Source: an uncultured Chloroflexia bacterium (lineage in GTDB: Bacteria; Chloroflexota; Limnocylindria; Limnocylindrales; CSP1-4). Taken from it: DNA of 64,000 bases. How positions within the stretch are numbered: the stretch's first letter is position 1; the number at the start of each line of letters is the position of its first letter. The DNA lies in contig CAWHXM010000005.1 of NCBI GenBank assembly GCA_963833285.1, positions 579,093 through 643,092 of the forward strand, written 5' to 3'. A program made the position numbers and the translations under genes. The notes below the pieces were generated by a model that saw nothing but the letters and a program-made list of their open reading frames with translations, made no database searches and was not told where the DNA came from. Shown piece after piece: positions 1 to 10,813 of the stretch.

Positions 1-1612
<1,612 letters not shown>

Positions 1613-1719
1613 TCAGGTCCTCCGGGGGTTTTTCGAATGCTACCGGAAAGCCCCGGTCCGGGCAAGACGATGCCGGCGGCCGCCTGGTGGCAGCCGCCGG
1701 CGACGTGACCGGCGCTCGG

Positions 1720-2751
1720 TCAACGGATGGAGCGCAACGTCCCCCACTCAGGCTGGTGGTCTTCCGTGTGCTCGTCGGAGACCCACGCCTGGTCGGATCC
1801 GTCGGGGCGCATCGTCATGAGGCCCATCACGAAGCCGTCGGCTGGTGTGTATGTGGCACGGACGAAGAGGATCTTCTTCCCATCCGGCGACCACACGGGG
1901 TTGAATGACTCCTGGTAGCGAAAGTCGTCACCGTCGCCCGTGACGCCATCGCCATGGGTCAGCGCGCGCAGGTGCTTGCCGTCGGCGTCAACGACCATCA
2001 CGCTCTGGATGTAGTTGTTGTCAGCAGGTCCCGGCGCGAACACCAGCCGTCGGCCGTCGGGCGACCAGTCGGCGTCTGCGGCGTGCAGAGCCCAGGGTGT
2101 GACACGCCGCCGATCAGATCCGTCGGCTCGACTCGTAAACAGCGCGCTCTCCTCGATCGATGGGTCGCCCGGATTCTGGCGGTACTCGGTGTACTCGATC
2201 CGCTTTCCGTCGGGCGAGAACCGGGCCAACTCCTGCCACCAAGACCCGGCCGGAATCGTGGTCAGCCGTCGAGGCGGCGCCGAGCCATCACTCCGGACGA
2301 CATAGATGCCCGCGCTGCGTGGGTAGTCCGCTCGATCGGCAGCGAAGAGCAGCCAGCGTCCGTCCGGCGACCATCCCGGCTTCTCGCTGTCGCCGAGCGA
2401 GTCCGTGATCTTGCGGACATCGGTCCCGTCGGGGCGCATCGTGAAGATGTCCTGGATATCGACACCGTCGTTGGGGTCGGGGTCGAAGCGGTTGCTCTGG
2501 AACGCGATACGGGAGGAATCCCGCGACCAGGCAGGGAATGAGTTGTCGGACAGTCCCGTCGTGATCTGCCGCTGGTGGGTGAGATCGGGGTTGGCGACCC
2601 AGATCTGAAAGTGTCCGTCGGCATCGAAGCGCTGGAAGGTGATCTGGCCATTCCGGCCCGGGAAGTTGGCGGCGACGGAACCCGCGGCCGACGTTGTGAG
2701 GACCAGGGCGAGTATCAAGGCCGCGACGATGCGGTGGGCATGGCGAGGCAT
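1720..2751 (-). CDS. Secreted TolB-like (PD40 repeat) beta-propeller protein
   Basis: AAGGAG RBS before ATG 2751, a signal peptide, and repeated P.WSPDG motifs. Confidence 0.85.
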   Translation of the reverse strand: MPRHAHRIVAALILALVLTTSAAGSVAANFPGRNGQITFQRFDADGHFQIWVANPDLTHQRQITTGLSDNSFPAWSRDSSRIAFQSNRFDPDPNDGVDIQDIFTMRPDGTDVRKITDSLGDSEKPGWSPDGRWLLFAADRADYPRSAGIYVVRSDGSAPPRRLTTIPAGSWWQELARFSPDGKRIEYTEYRQNPGDPSIEESALFTSRADGSDRRRVTPWALHAADADWSPDGRRLVFAPGPADNNYIQSVMVVDADGKHLRALTHGDGVTGDGDDFRYQESFNPVWSPDGKKILFVRATYTPADGFVMGLMTMRPDGSDQAWVSDEHTEDHQPEWGTLRSIR

Positions 2752-2810
2752 GGTGAACTCCTTTCGAGTGGGACGATCGCTGGATGGGGCAGCGCAGAGC
2801 CGCCCTCCGA

Positions 2811-4007
2811 CTACTGAGCCGGTAGCTGCGCCGGGATCCGGATGGAGTCGACGACCTGGCGCTCGGTCTCGCTGCCGAACGGCGAGATGCTGAAAAGGAG
2901 GGTGTCGGCATCGACGTCCACGAGGTAGATGGTCTCGGCGTCTCCCTGCCCCAGGACGAAGTGGCATTGGCAGGCCTTCGGCGTGTACTCGTACAGCTCC
3001 TGACCGGGGCAGCGGGCGTAGTTGGCCTTGGCGCGAACCGTGACCTGGATCGCGTCATGACCGCCGACCGTCATATCCGTGGCTTTGCCGACCTCGAACG
3101 CGTCGTTCTTCCGGAATGCCGTGACGAATGCGGCTGCGCCGGGCTGGTAGGGAACGCGCTCCTCGGCATGGCTGCAGGCGTCGACGAACAGTTGGGGATT
3201 CTTGGACACATAGAGCGAGCCATCGACCCCGGCGATCTCGATGAAATCCGTGAGAGTCGTCCGGGACTCGTAGTTGTCATCCGGAAGCGCGATCGCGAAG
3301 TTCGGTTCGATCGTGGTGACGATGCCCGCCCCCACGCTGCCTGGCGTCGCGAGGGAGCGGATCCATCGCCGGGCGAATATGAGTCCTCGGGTGGAGCAGT
3401 CCTCGGAGACGACGGTTAGCGTGAGCTCCGACCGGTCGTTGGAAAGCACCGACCGATAGACGCCGCGAGCGCCGCCCGCGCAGTCCCCGCCTGCGCGGTC
3501 CAGGGCGACCTCGATCAGGTCGGGGCCGACCTTGGAGGCCGAGCTCGCGTAGCCATGACCTGGACCGAAGTTCGCCGCATCGATGCCGGTGCCGAGCGGG
3601 CTCACCGAGAGTGAGACCACGTAGGGGCCCGTCCGAAGCACGGGATCCTCGTTGGCGAACGCGAGCCACGTGGCGCGCAGGGAGTCGTCGAGCGGTCCGC
3701 CGCTCGGCCCGATCGAAGACGATGACGGCGTCGACGTCGGCGAGACCGCGAACGGCGACGGCCTGACGACAACGAGCGAATCCTCGGTCGGCAGATGCGC
3801 CCCGACCGCGAGCCAGACTGCCGGCAGGGCGATCGCCGCCGCGAGTCCGAGCACGACGCTGATGCGGCGACGCCGCCGGGCTCGTTCGCGGATCGAGCGA
3901 CGCCTCTCGAGCCGCTCCACCGTCAGGTCGAGCGGGAGCGAGCGGAGGTGCATGGCCAGGACGTCGCGGAGCCGGCCTTCCAGGGCGGCGTCGTCAAGCT
4001 CACGCAC
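2811..4007 (-). CDS. Single-TM membrane protein, putative anti-sigma factor with an extracytoplasmic domain
   Basis: GTG start overlaps the end of the ECF sigma gene, with a GGAGG RBS. Short cytoplasmic N-terminus, RRRRR, then one TM, a S/P linker and a Cys-containing outer domain. The anti-sigma role is inferred from position. Confidence 0.65.
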   Translation of the reverse strand: MRELDDAALEGRLRDVLAMHLRSLPLDLTVERLERRRSIRERARRRRRISVVLGLAAAIALPAVWLAVGAHLPTEDSLVVVRPSPFAVSPTSTPSSSSIGPSGGPLDDSLRATWLAFANEDPVLRTGPYVVSLSVSPLGTGIDAANFGPGHGYASSASKVGPDLIEVALDRAGGDCAGGARGVYRSVLSNDRSELTLTVVSEDCSTRGLIFARRWIRSLATPGSVGAGIVTTIEPNFAIALPDDNYESRTTLTDFIEIAGVDGSLYVSKNPQLFVDACSHAEERVPYQPGAAAFVTAFRKNDAFEVGKATDMTVGGHDAIQVTVRAKANYARCPGQELYEYTPKACQCHFVLGQGDAETIYLVDVDADTLLFSISPFGSETERQVVDSIRIPAQLPAQ

Positions 4008-4530
4008 GTCGCACCTCCGCCAGGGACGGCGCCTCATCGGCGAGCGCCGTGCGCAGATGCACGAGCGCCGACTTCAGCTGGGTCTTGATCGTGTTGGGGC
4101 TGACCTCGAGGATCTCGGCGACCGCCTCGACCGGCAGGTCCAGGTAGTAGCGAAGGCCGACCGCGGCCCGCATCCGGGGTGGCAGGTTATCGACCGCCTG
4201 CCACAGGGCCATCGAGTCGTCGCTGCCGGGTCCACGGCGTTCGGCGGCGACGTCATCGACGACCTCGAGCTCCACGATGCGAGCCGCGCGTTGTCGGTGG
4301 CGGAGCGCCTTGTTGGTGGCGATCCGGAGCAGCCACGGTCGCAGAGCCGCCCCGTCGCGAAGGGCGCTGCCGTGATCGAGCGCCGCGAGGAGGCTGTCGG
4401 CTACGACGTCCTCCGCGGCCGATCGGTCGCGGACGATCAGGTAGGCGACGGCCTGCATGTCGCGGCCGTATCGGGCGAGCAGATCGGCCAGCACCTCCGG
4501 GCGTCCCCGACGGAGTGCCTCCACGGTCAT
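4000..4530 (-). CDS. ECF-family RNA polymerase sigma factor
   Basis: Region 2 (AEDVVADS...LRPWLLRIATN) and region 4 (LPPRMRAAVGLRYYLDL...TIKTQL); GGAGG RBS. Confidence 0.92.
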   Translation of the reverse strand: MTVEALRRGRPEVLADLLARYGRDMQAVAYLIVRDRSAAEDVVADSLLAALDHGSALRDGAALRPWLLRIATNKALRHRQRAARIVELEVVDDVAAERRGPGSDDSMALWQAVDNLPPRMRAAVGLRYYLDLPVEAVAEILEVSPNTIKTQLKSALVHLRTALADEAPSLAEVRRA

Positions 4531-4636
4531 CCGATCCTCCCAGCCGTTTCCACCGCTATGGTGGCCCGCCGGTGTCTCCGGCGCTACTGGGTAGATACGG
4601 GGCGCCAGCGTTTCGGGTGAGTCGGACGCGTTCTCC

Positions 4637-4670
4637 TTGACGAGGTGATACCAGTTGGTATCATCTGGTC
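4637..4670 (+). promoter_or_regulatory. sigma70-type leaderless promoter with a palindromic operator for TA module 1
   Basis: TTGACG-N16-TATCAT-N6-ATG; the palindrome TGATACCA-gt-TGGTATCA (4646-4663) overlaps the spacer and -10. Confidence 0.75.
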
Positions 4671-4871
4671 ATGCCGATGACCCTTCGACTCACACCCGCC
4701 GAGACCGAGGCGCTGCGCGAGACGGCCCGGCGCGAGCATCGATCGATGCAGGAGGTCGCGCGCGCCGCGATCGGCGAATACGTGTCACGCCGGACCTTGC
4801 GGCGCGACGCGCACCTCCAGGTGATCGTCGCCGAGGATGCCGAACTCCTCCGGCGCCTCGGGAGCATGTGA
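4671..4871 (+). CDS. Ribbon-helix-helix antitoxin
   Basis: MPMTLRLTPAETEALRETARREHRSMQEVARAAI fits an RHH pattern; GTGA overlap with the downstream Fic/Doc gene. Confidence 0.85.
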   Translation: MPMTLRLTPAETEALRETARREHRSMQEVARAAIGEYVSRRTLRRDAHLQVIVAEDAELLRRLGSM

Positions 4872-5260
4872 CCGAGCACCTCGATCTCGACGACCTGCTC
4901 GCGGCTGCCGAGGCGATCCTCGGACGACCCGCAGAGATCCGCGATATCGGAATCCTTGAGGCCGCCGTCGCCCGCACGCGCGCCTCCGTCTACGGCGAGG
5001 ACGCCTATCCGGACCTTGATACGAAGGCCGCCGCGCTGCTGCATTCGATCGTCACCGGTCATGCCCTCGTCGACGGCAACAAGCGACTCGGGTGGGTCAG
5101 TGTCCGCCTGTTCTACCGGCTCAACGACCGGGACCTGCGGGCACCGATCGACGACGCGTTCGAACTCGTGGAGTCGATCGCCGACGGCACGCTCCGTGAC
5201 GTCCCGGACATCTCCGTTCGGCTCCAGGCATGGGTCGTCATCGTCGCACCTCAGGACTGA
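4868..5260 (+). CDS. Fic/Doc family toxin
   Basis: Doc-type motif HALVDGNKR and KAAALLHSI; GTG start coupled to the antitoxin stop. Confidence 0.9.
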   Translation: MTEHLDLDDLLAAAEAILGRPAEIRDIGILEAAVARTRASVYGEDAYPDLDTKAAALLHSIVTGHALVDGNKRLGWVSVRLFYRLNDRDLRAPIDDAFELVESIADGTLRDVPDISVRLQAWVVIVAPQD

Positions 5261-5300
5261 TCGGCGCGCCTGATTCACCACCGCCGGCGTCCGGGCCATG

Positions 5301-5335
5301 TTGACTAACATGGACTAACCACGTACCGTGCCGTC
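5301..5335 (+). promoter_or_regulatory. sigma70-type leaderless promoter with a direct-repeat operator for TA module 2
   Basis: TTGACT-N17-TACCGT-N6-ATG; GACTAAC is repeated with a 10-bp period at 5301-5320. Confidence 0.7.
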
Positions 5336-5572
5336 ATGGGCGAACCAACCGTCAACATCCACGAGGCGAAGACGCACCTGTCGCGGCTCATCGAACGCGT
5401 CGAGACGGGTGAGGAGGTCGTCATTGCCCGCGCGGGGCGGCCGGTCGCGCGGCTCGTCCCCTACCAGTCTCGGACGAGCCCGCGCGTGCCGGGGCTGTGG
5501 CATGGGCTCGTCCGGGTCGCGCCTGACTTCGACCGGCCCGACGACGCCATCCTCGACGCCTTCGAGTCGTGA
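5336..5572 (+). CDS. Phd/YefM family antitoxin
   Basis: VNIHEAKTHLSRLIERVETGEEVVIARAGRPVARLVP signature. Confidence 0.93.
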   Translation: MGEPTVNIHEAKTHLSRLIERVETGEEVVIARAGRPVARLVPYQSRTSPRVPGLWHGLVRVAPDFDRPDDAILDAFES

Positions 5573-5946
5573 TCCTACTGCTCGACGCGCACGCGGTCCT
5601 GTGGTGGCTCGCCGACGACCCGGCGCTCGATCCGGTGGCGCGCTCGGCGATCGCGGATCCCACGAATGACGTCCTCGTGTCCGCCGCGAGCATCTGGGAG
5701 ATCGAGATCAAGCGAGCCCTGGGCAAGCTGGAGGCCCCGGTCGGCCTGGTCGCCACGCTCGATCAGGCCGGCTTCGATGTGCTGCCGATCACCGGCCACG
5801 ACGCGGAGCATGCGGGTTCGCTGCCGGCGCATCACCGCGACCCGTTCGACCGGATCCTCGTCGCGCAGGCGGAGCGGGTCGGGGCGCTCGTCGTCAGTCG
5901 GGATCAGGTCTTCCTGGCCTACGGGACCGACGTGTTGGGCGCCTGA
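5569..5946 (+). CDS. vapC: PIN-domain (VapC) toxin
   Basis: LLLDAHAVLWW...SAASIWEI...HRDPFDRILVAQA; GTGA overlap with the antitoxin. Confidence 0.93.
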   Translation: MILLLDAHAVLWWLADDPALDPVARSAIADPTNDVLVSAASIWEIEIKRALGKLEAPVGLVATLDQAGFDVLPITGHDAEHAGSLPAHHRDPFDRILVAQAERVGALVVSRDQVFLAYGTDVLGA

Positions 5947-6772
5947 AGCCGCGGCAGGTCGGACCCGCAGAGATGGGTGGCCAGGCGTTCGATGGCGGAT
6001 CGATCAGGCCGGCTCCCCAGACCTCCGGACCGCAGAAGAATGGCCGGGCCTGCGGGCCGGCGAGGCTCGCGGGGTTCGCCTCCCATGTAGCAAGCACCGC
6101 CTCGAGCCACGACTCTATCTCGCGGAACTCCGTCCAGCGGCGGAACTCCCAGCCGGCCTCGATGCAGATCCGCACGAGCGATCGCTTGGCCCACACCATG
6201 TCGCTGTAGCCGGCCGCGTAACGGTCGCTCTCGCCGTCGCCGATGAACACGACCGCGCGGCCCGCCGCCTGGTGGGCAAGGACACGGTTGCGCTTGCACG
6301 TCCCGCAGACGAGGCAGGTCGGATGGCCGTTGGGGAACGCGATCGAGGCGCGGCGGCCCTGGAACGTCGTCCTGGCAGTGATCACCGGCAGCTCCCCGAC
6401 CCCGAGCGCCTCGAGCGCCGGTTCGATGAAGAAGCCGAAGCCGTCCGACACGATCTCGACCGGGATGCCGGCCGCCTGGGCGCGCCTGACGAACGGCACG
6501 AACCCGGCATCGTGCGGCTGCGCCGCTGCCGTCTCGAGCAGTGCGGCAGGCGACGTGTCGATGAGCCCGATCTCCAGCTCCATCAGGCGTCGCGAGCCCA
6601 TCCGGCCGGCGTCATAGGCGGCGACCTCGGACTCCCAGATCCCCGGCACGTGCTCGGCCATGACCGTGTCGGAGACGTCGGTCAGCGCGACCGTCCCGTC
6701 GTAGTCGACGAGGATCGCGAGCGGCAACTCGCCGGGGTCCAGTGGCGGGACGGGCGGCGCGGCGCCGGTCAT
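5894..6772 (-). CDS. HAD-superfamily phosphatase, MtnX-like
   Basis: Motif I DYDGT, motif II VSDG, CGTCK and motif IV GDGESD; ATGA overlap with the DMT gene. Confidence 0.85.
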   Translation of the reverse strand: MTGAAPPVPPLDPGELPLAILVDYDGTVALTDVSDTVMAEHVPGIWESEVAAYDAGRMGSRRLMELEIGLIDTSPAALLETAAAQPHDAGFVPFVRRAQAAGIPVEIVSDGFGFFIEPALEALGVGELPVITARTTFQGRRASIAFPNGHPTCLVCGTCKRNRVLAHQAAGRAVVFIGDGESDRYAAGYSDMVWAKRSLVRICIEAGWEFRRWTEFREIESWLEAVLATWEANPASLAGPQARPFFCGPEVWGAGLIDPPSNAWPPISAGPTCRGFRRPTRRSRRPGRPDPD

Positions 6773-7764
6773 CGCGACACGCGGGCCGCGGCACGCACAC
6801 CCGCGCGCCCCGGCCACGACCCGCGCCGGAGCAGGGCCACGCCCGCCAGGATGATCGCGCCACCGACCACCTGGATCTGCCGGATCGGCTCCGCCAGGAA
6901 GATCGCGGCCATCACGACGGCAAGCGCCGGGATGAGGAACTGGAACGCCGTGACGCGGGTCGGGCCGAGCAGCTTCACGCCGTGGAGGACGACGACGTTC
7001 GAGACGCCGGCGGCCAGCGTCCCGGAGTAGAGGATCGCGAGCACGACCGGGAGGCCGAACCCCGACAGGTCCGCGCTCGCCAGCTGGGCGATCCCGATCG
7101 GCGCCATGAACAGCGTGCCCGCGAGGATCGCCCAGGTGGTCGTGACCAGCGGCGAGTGGCGGCGCAGGATCGTCGCCCCGAAGACCGTGTACACCGCCCA
7201 GCACGCCGCGGCCAGCAAGGTGAGGACATCCCCGCCGAGCGAGGCGCCCAGGACCAGGCCCTGTCCCGCGGCGATGACCAGCGCGACCCCCGCGAACGAC
7301 ACGAAGACGCCGATGAGCTTCACTCCGTTCGGAGTGTCGGCACCGATCGCCATCGCGAGGAGCGCGGTGATCACCGGGGTCGCGGCGATGAGCAGGGCCG
7401 AATCGCCGGCCGGGATCGACTGGAGCGCGACCGGCCACAGGACCTGGTAGCAGCCGAACCCGATCACGCCGAGCGCCATGATCTTCAGGACGTCGCCGCG
7501 CGGCACGCGGATCGGGCCCTCACGCCAGCGGAGCAGGACCAGCAACGTGATCGCGGCCACGCAGTAGCGCAGGAATGTGAAGCCGACGGGCGGCAGGATC
7601 TCGATGGCGCCCTTGACCACGATGAAGTTGCCGGCCCAGAACACCATCACGACGAGGACGCCGAGCTCGGCCAGCCGCCGCTCGGCGGCGGTCGATCCGG
7701 TCGTCGGGGCCTGGATGGTGCCGACGATCGACGCCCCGGCCTCGGGCCCGCCGAGGCCGGACAC
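6769..7764 (-). CDS. EamA/DMT family transporter (start uncertain)
   Basis: About 10 hydrophobic segments; WAGNFIVVK and FLRY motifs of EamA repeats. Confidence 0.85.
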   Translation of the reverse strand: MSGLGGPEAGASIVGTIQAPTTGSTAAERRLAELGVLVVMVFWAGNFIVVKGAIEILPPVGFTFLRYCVAAITLLVLLRWREGPIRVPRGDVLKIMALGVIGFGCYQVLWPVALQSIPAGDSALLIAATPVITALLAMAIGADTPNGVKLIGVFVSFAGVALVIAAGQGLVLGASLGGDVLTLLAAACWAVYTVFGATILRRHSPLVTTTWAILAGTLFMAPIGIAQLASADLSGFGLPVVLAILYSGTLAAGVSNVVVLHGVKLLGPTRVTAFQFLIPALAVVMAAIFLAEPIRQIQVVGGAIILAGVALLRRGSWPGRAGVRAAARVSR

Positions 7765-7823
7765 TTCGACGCCCGCCGGTCCGGCGGGCGTCTCGTTCGC
7801 TGGGATCGAGCGATCGCGGTCGA

Positions 7824-7979
7824 TCAGGCCTGTTCCTGGTCGAGCTCGAGGAGCTCCTCGTCGTCTTCCTCGGTGACCTTGAGCCAGACGAACAGTCCGG
7901 CGAGGACCGCGAGCGGGATGATGATGAGCGCCGCGAGGGTGATCCCCAGGGCGACGGCGACGGTCTTGAGCGCCTTCAT
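7824..7979 (-). CDS. 51-aa single-TM small protein with an acidic tail
   Basis: CAGGAGG RBS; MKALKTVAVALGITLAALIIIPLAVLAGLFVWLKVTEEDDEELLELDQEQA; below the ORF-track size cut-off. Confidence 0.75.
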   Translation of the reverse strand: MKALKTVAVALGITLAALIIIPLAVLAGLFVWLKVTEEDDEELLELDQEQA

Positions 7980-8020
7980 GGTCTACCTCCTGATGCGATG
8001 GCCTGGATGGATGGGTCCGT

Positions 8021-8548
8021 TCAGAGTTGGGGTTCGGGCTTGGCCTCTGGCTTGGCCTCGGCGTGTCGCAGGGCAGGACCACGCGCCACCAGATCCGCGA
8101 TGTCCTCGCGGGTGAATTCGGCCAGCTCGTGCCGGCTGCCCGCCTGGCCGCCCATGAGCAGGCGCAGGACGAACGCCCCGTCCTGCTCGAAGAAGAAGAC
8201 GTCGCGCGGCTTCTGGTCATCCATGTACCGACCGATGACGCGGAACGCGGATTCGTAATGTCCGCCCGAGGCGGCCGCGCTCGCCCCGGTCCCGCGCCTG
8301 GATCCCGCCTCCTCCATGAACCTCGCGATGTCGTCGTCGAGGAACGTCAGCGTCTCCTTGTTGACGGTCCCGATCGTGTCCGACCACGTCCCTGAGGAGG
8401 CGCCGGACGACACGAGACCCTGCACGATGAACCCGTCGGGCGCCTCGAGGAGCAGGACGTCCTTCATCCCACGCTGATCGAGGAACGCCCCGATGGAGCG
8501 GAAGACCTCTTCGAAGTCCTGGCGGGCGCTGCCCTCGTAGATCCGCAT
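8021..8548 (-). CDS. Hypothetical protein with an internal tandem domain duplication
   Basis: GGAGGGAG RBS and GC-rich third codon positions; two copies of a (F/Y)E..FR.IG..(L/M)D.....DV...E...(G/A)F pattern. Confidence 0.8.
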   Translation of the reverse strand: MRIYEGSARQDFEEVFRSIGAFLDQRGMKDVLLLEAPDGFIVQGLVSSGASSGTWSDTIGTVNKETLTFLDDDIARFMEEAGSRRGTGASAAASGGHYESAFRVIGRYMDDQKPRDVFFFEQDGAFVLRLLMGGQAGSRHELAEFTREDIADLVARGPALRHAEAKPEAKPEPQL

Positions 8549-8682
8549 CGCGGACGCTCCCTCCCCGGGTCAGGACCCGCGGTCGGGTCGGCCCCGAGTG
8601 TAGCGAGCGCCCGAACGAGCGGCAAGGCGGCCCAGCGCGTCCGATGCGGCGCGAACGGCACGACCGCGCGCCCGCCCTCGCA

Positions 8683-9630
8683 CTACGCGGAGGCCAGGAG
8701 CCCTGCCAGCTCACCCGCCATGCGCGCGTCGTTGATGATCAGCGCGGTGTTGGCACGCAGCGACGCGCCGTCGGTCAGGACGGCGATCCGCGCCAGCAGC
8801 CATGGGGTCAGCGCCGGTCCGCCGATCCCGCCGGCCGCGGCATCCGCGATGGCCTGTTCGACTGCCTGTCGGGCGAGATCGCCCGGCAGTGCCTCGGCGT
8901 CCGGAACTGGCACGCACACGAGGATCCCGCTCCCCAGGCCGAGGCCGAGATGGGTCCCGACGAGGGAGGCCGCACTTGCGATGTCCGCCACCGAGATGGG
9001 GGCGCGCAGGCCCGCCGATCGCGCGAAGAAGCCGGGCACGTCGACCTGTCCGACTGCGACCACCGGGACGCCGCGCGTCTCGAGGTACTCCACCGTTGCC
9101 GGGACATCGAGGATGGCTTTCGGCCCAGCACAGACGACGGCCATGGGCGTGCGACCGAGCTCATCTAGATCGGACGAGATGTCGAACGACGCCCCCAGGG
9201 AGCCCGCCGTCCCGCCGCCGAGCGCGCCGCGGTGGACGCCGCCGATCCCGCCGGTGGCGAAGACCCGGATCCCGGCGGCGCTCGCGGCGATCATCGTCGC
9301 CGAGACCGTGGTGGCGGCCCACCCGCCGTCGGAGATCGCCGCCGCGAGACTCGGCCGGGCGGCCTTGCGCACCGATCCGGTCGTCGCGGTCGCGAGCGCC
9401 TCTAAACCAGCCTCGCCGAGCCCGACGAGCAGCCGGCCCGCACGGATCGCGACCGTCGCCGGCACCGCACCGGTCGCGCGGACCGCGGCCTCCGAAGCCC
9501 TGGCGACCTCGAGGTTCTCGGGGTACGGCAGGCCGTGGCTGATGAGCGTCGACTCGAGCGCGACGACGGGCGAGCCCGCGGCGAGCGCGGCGGAGACCTC
9601 GGGGCTGAGGTCGAGTCGGTCGGTGATCAT
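8683..9630 (-). CDS. psuG: Pseudouridine-5'-phosphate glycosidase
   Basis: PVVALESTLISHGLPYPEN, ATTVSATM, FATGGIGGVHRG, LTPWLL. Confidence 0.95.
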   Translation of the reverse strand: MITDRLDLSPEVSAALAAGSPVVALESTLISHGLPYPENLEVARASEAAVRATGAVPATVAIRAGRLLVGLGEAGLEALATATTGSVRKAARPSLAAAISDGGWAATTVSATMIAASAAGIRVFATGGIGGVHRGALGGGTAGSLGASFDISSDLDELGRTPMAVVCAGPKAILDVPATVEYLETRGVPVVAVGQVDVPGFFARSAGLRAPISVADIASAASLVGTHLGLGLGSGILVCVPVPDAEALPGDLARQAVEQAIADAAAGGIGGPALTPWLLARIAVLTDGASLRANTALIINDARMAGELAGLLASA

Positions 9631-9719
9631 CGTTCCGCCAAGCGTAGCGGGCGGTGCCTCGAACGGTCGCGGCGCCGCGAACCGGCAATGCGGCGCCGCC
9701 GCCGACACCGACGGACGCG

Positions 9720-10733
9720 TCAGGACAGAGTCAGGTCCGCCCTCGGCGACGACAGCTGACGGGCTGCCGCGCGGTGGCCGGCGACGGCCGCTCGCTGGAG
9801 CGATGAGGGCACGGATCGGCCCGCCCGCCGAGCCGCGAACCAGCCGACGAGGAACCCCGCATCGAACGCGTCGCCCGCGCCGGTCGTGTCGATGGCGGTC
9901 AGGTGCTCGGTCGCGACCTCGAGGCGCACCCGCTCGCCATCGATCCGGGCGAGCACCGTGGCGCCCTTGGCCCCGCGCTTGACGACGACCGTCGCGGCGA
10001 CGTCGAGCAGTCCCTCGAAGGCGCGTCCACCAAGGAACGCCTCGGCCTCGGTAGCGGTCGCGAACAGCAGGTCCGGCGCGGCCGCCTCGACGAGCGCGCG
10101 AGCCGCGCGGCGCCCGTCGACGAACAGCGGCCCGATCGAGGCGAGGTCCACGCTCACCGATGCGTTCGCGGCGCGCGCCAGCTCGATCGCCCGCCGGCCG
10201 GCGGCCCCGAGCGGCTCGCCGAGCAGGGAATACGCGGGCAGATGGAGCGCTACGACGCCCGCGAACCACGTCGCGCGGAGATCGCCGGGCTCGAGCAGGT
10301 CGGCTGCGCCGCGATCGGCCACGAAGCTGCGTTCACCGCCGGGGGCAACGAGGACTCCGATCCGGCCGGTCCGGGCGCCGGCCACGCGCGAGATCCGCGG
10401 CGTGACGCCGTCACTGCGGATGGCCTCGACGAGGGCTCGGCCCGACGAATCTCGCCCGACCGCGGAGATCAGGCTCGTGCGCGCTCCCAGACGGGCGAGC
10501 CAACGGGCCGTGTTGGCGGCCGAACCGCCCTGTACGAGTGCCACCCGACCGGGGACGTCCGTCCCGGACTCGAGGGGGCGCGCAGGGATCAGGACGACGT
10601 CGAGCATGAGATCCCCGAGCACGACGAACCGCGCCAGTCCGCCGGGACGGCCGGCACCGGCCCGGCGCGGGCGCCCGGGGCGCGTCGGTCGGGCCGGACG
10701 GTGGGGTCGCCCGGGTCGCGGCACGGAGGGCAT
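9720..10733 (-). CDS. PfkB-family carbohydrate kinase (probable pseudouridine kinase by context)
   Basis: GGSAANTA and [13 protein letters not shown] PfkB signatures; directly upstream of psuG. Confidence 0.88.
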   Translation of the reverse strand: MPSVPRPGRPHRPARPTRPGRPRRAGAGRPGGLARFVVLGDLMLDVVLIPARPLESGTDVPGRVALVQGGSAANTARWLARLGARTSLISAVGRDSSGRALVEAIRSDGVTPRISRVAGARTGRIGVLVAPGGERSFVADRGAADLLEPGDLRATWFAGVVALHLPAYSLLGEPLGAAGRRAIELARAANASVSVDLASIGPLFVDGRRAARALVEAAAPDLLFATATEAEAFLGGRAFEGLLDVAATVVVKRGAKGATVLARIDGERVRLEVATEHLTAIDTTGAGDAFDAGFLVGWFAARRAGRSVPSSLQRAAVAGHRAAARQLSSPRADLTLS

Positions 10734-10813
10734 GGATGGAGGATAGCCGGGCCGCCACTACAATGGCCGGACCCGCGAGGCCGCGCCCAACCAGCAGCGA
10801 CGGAGCCCGCCCG

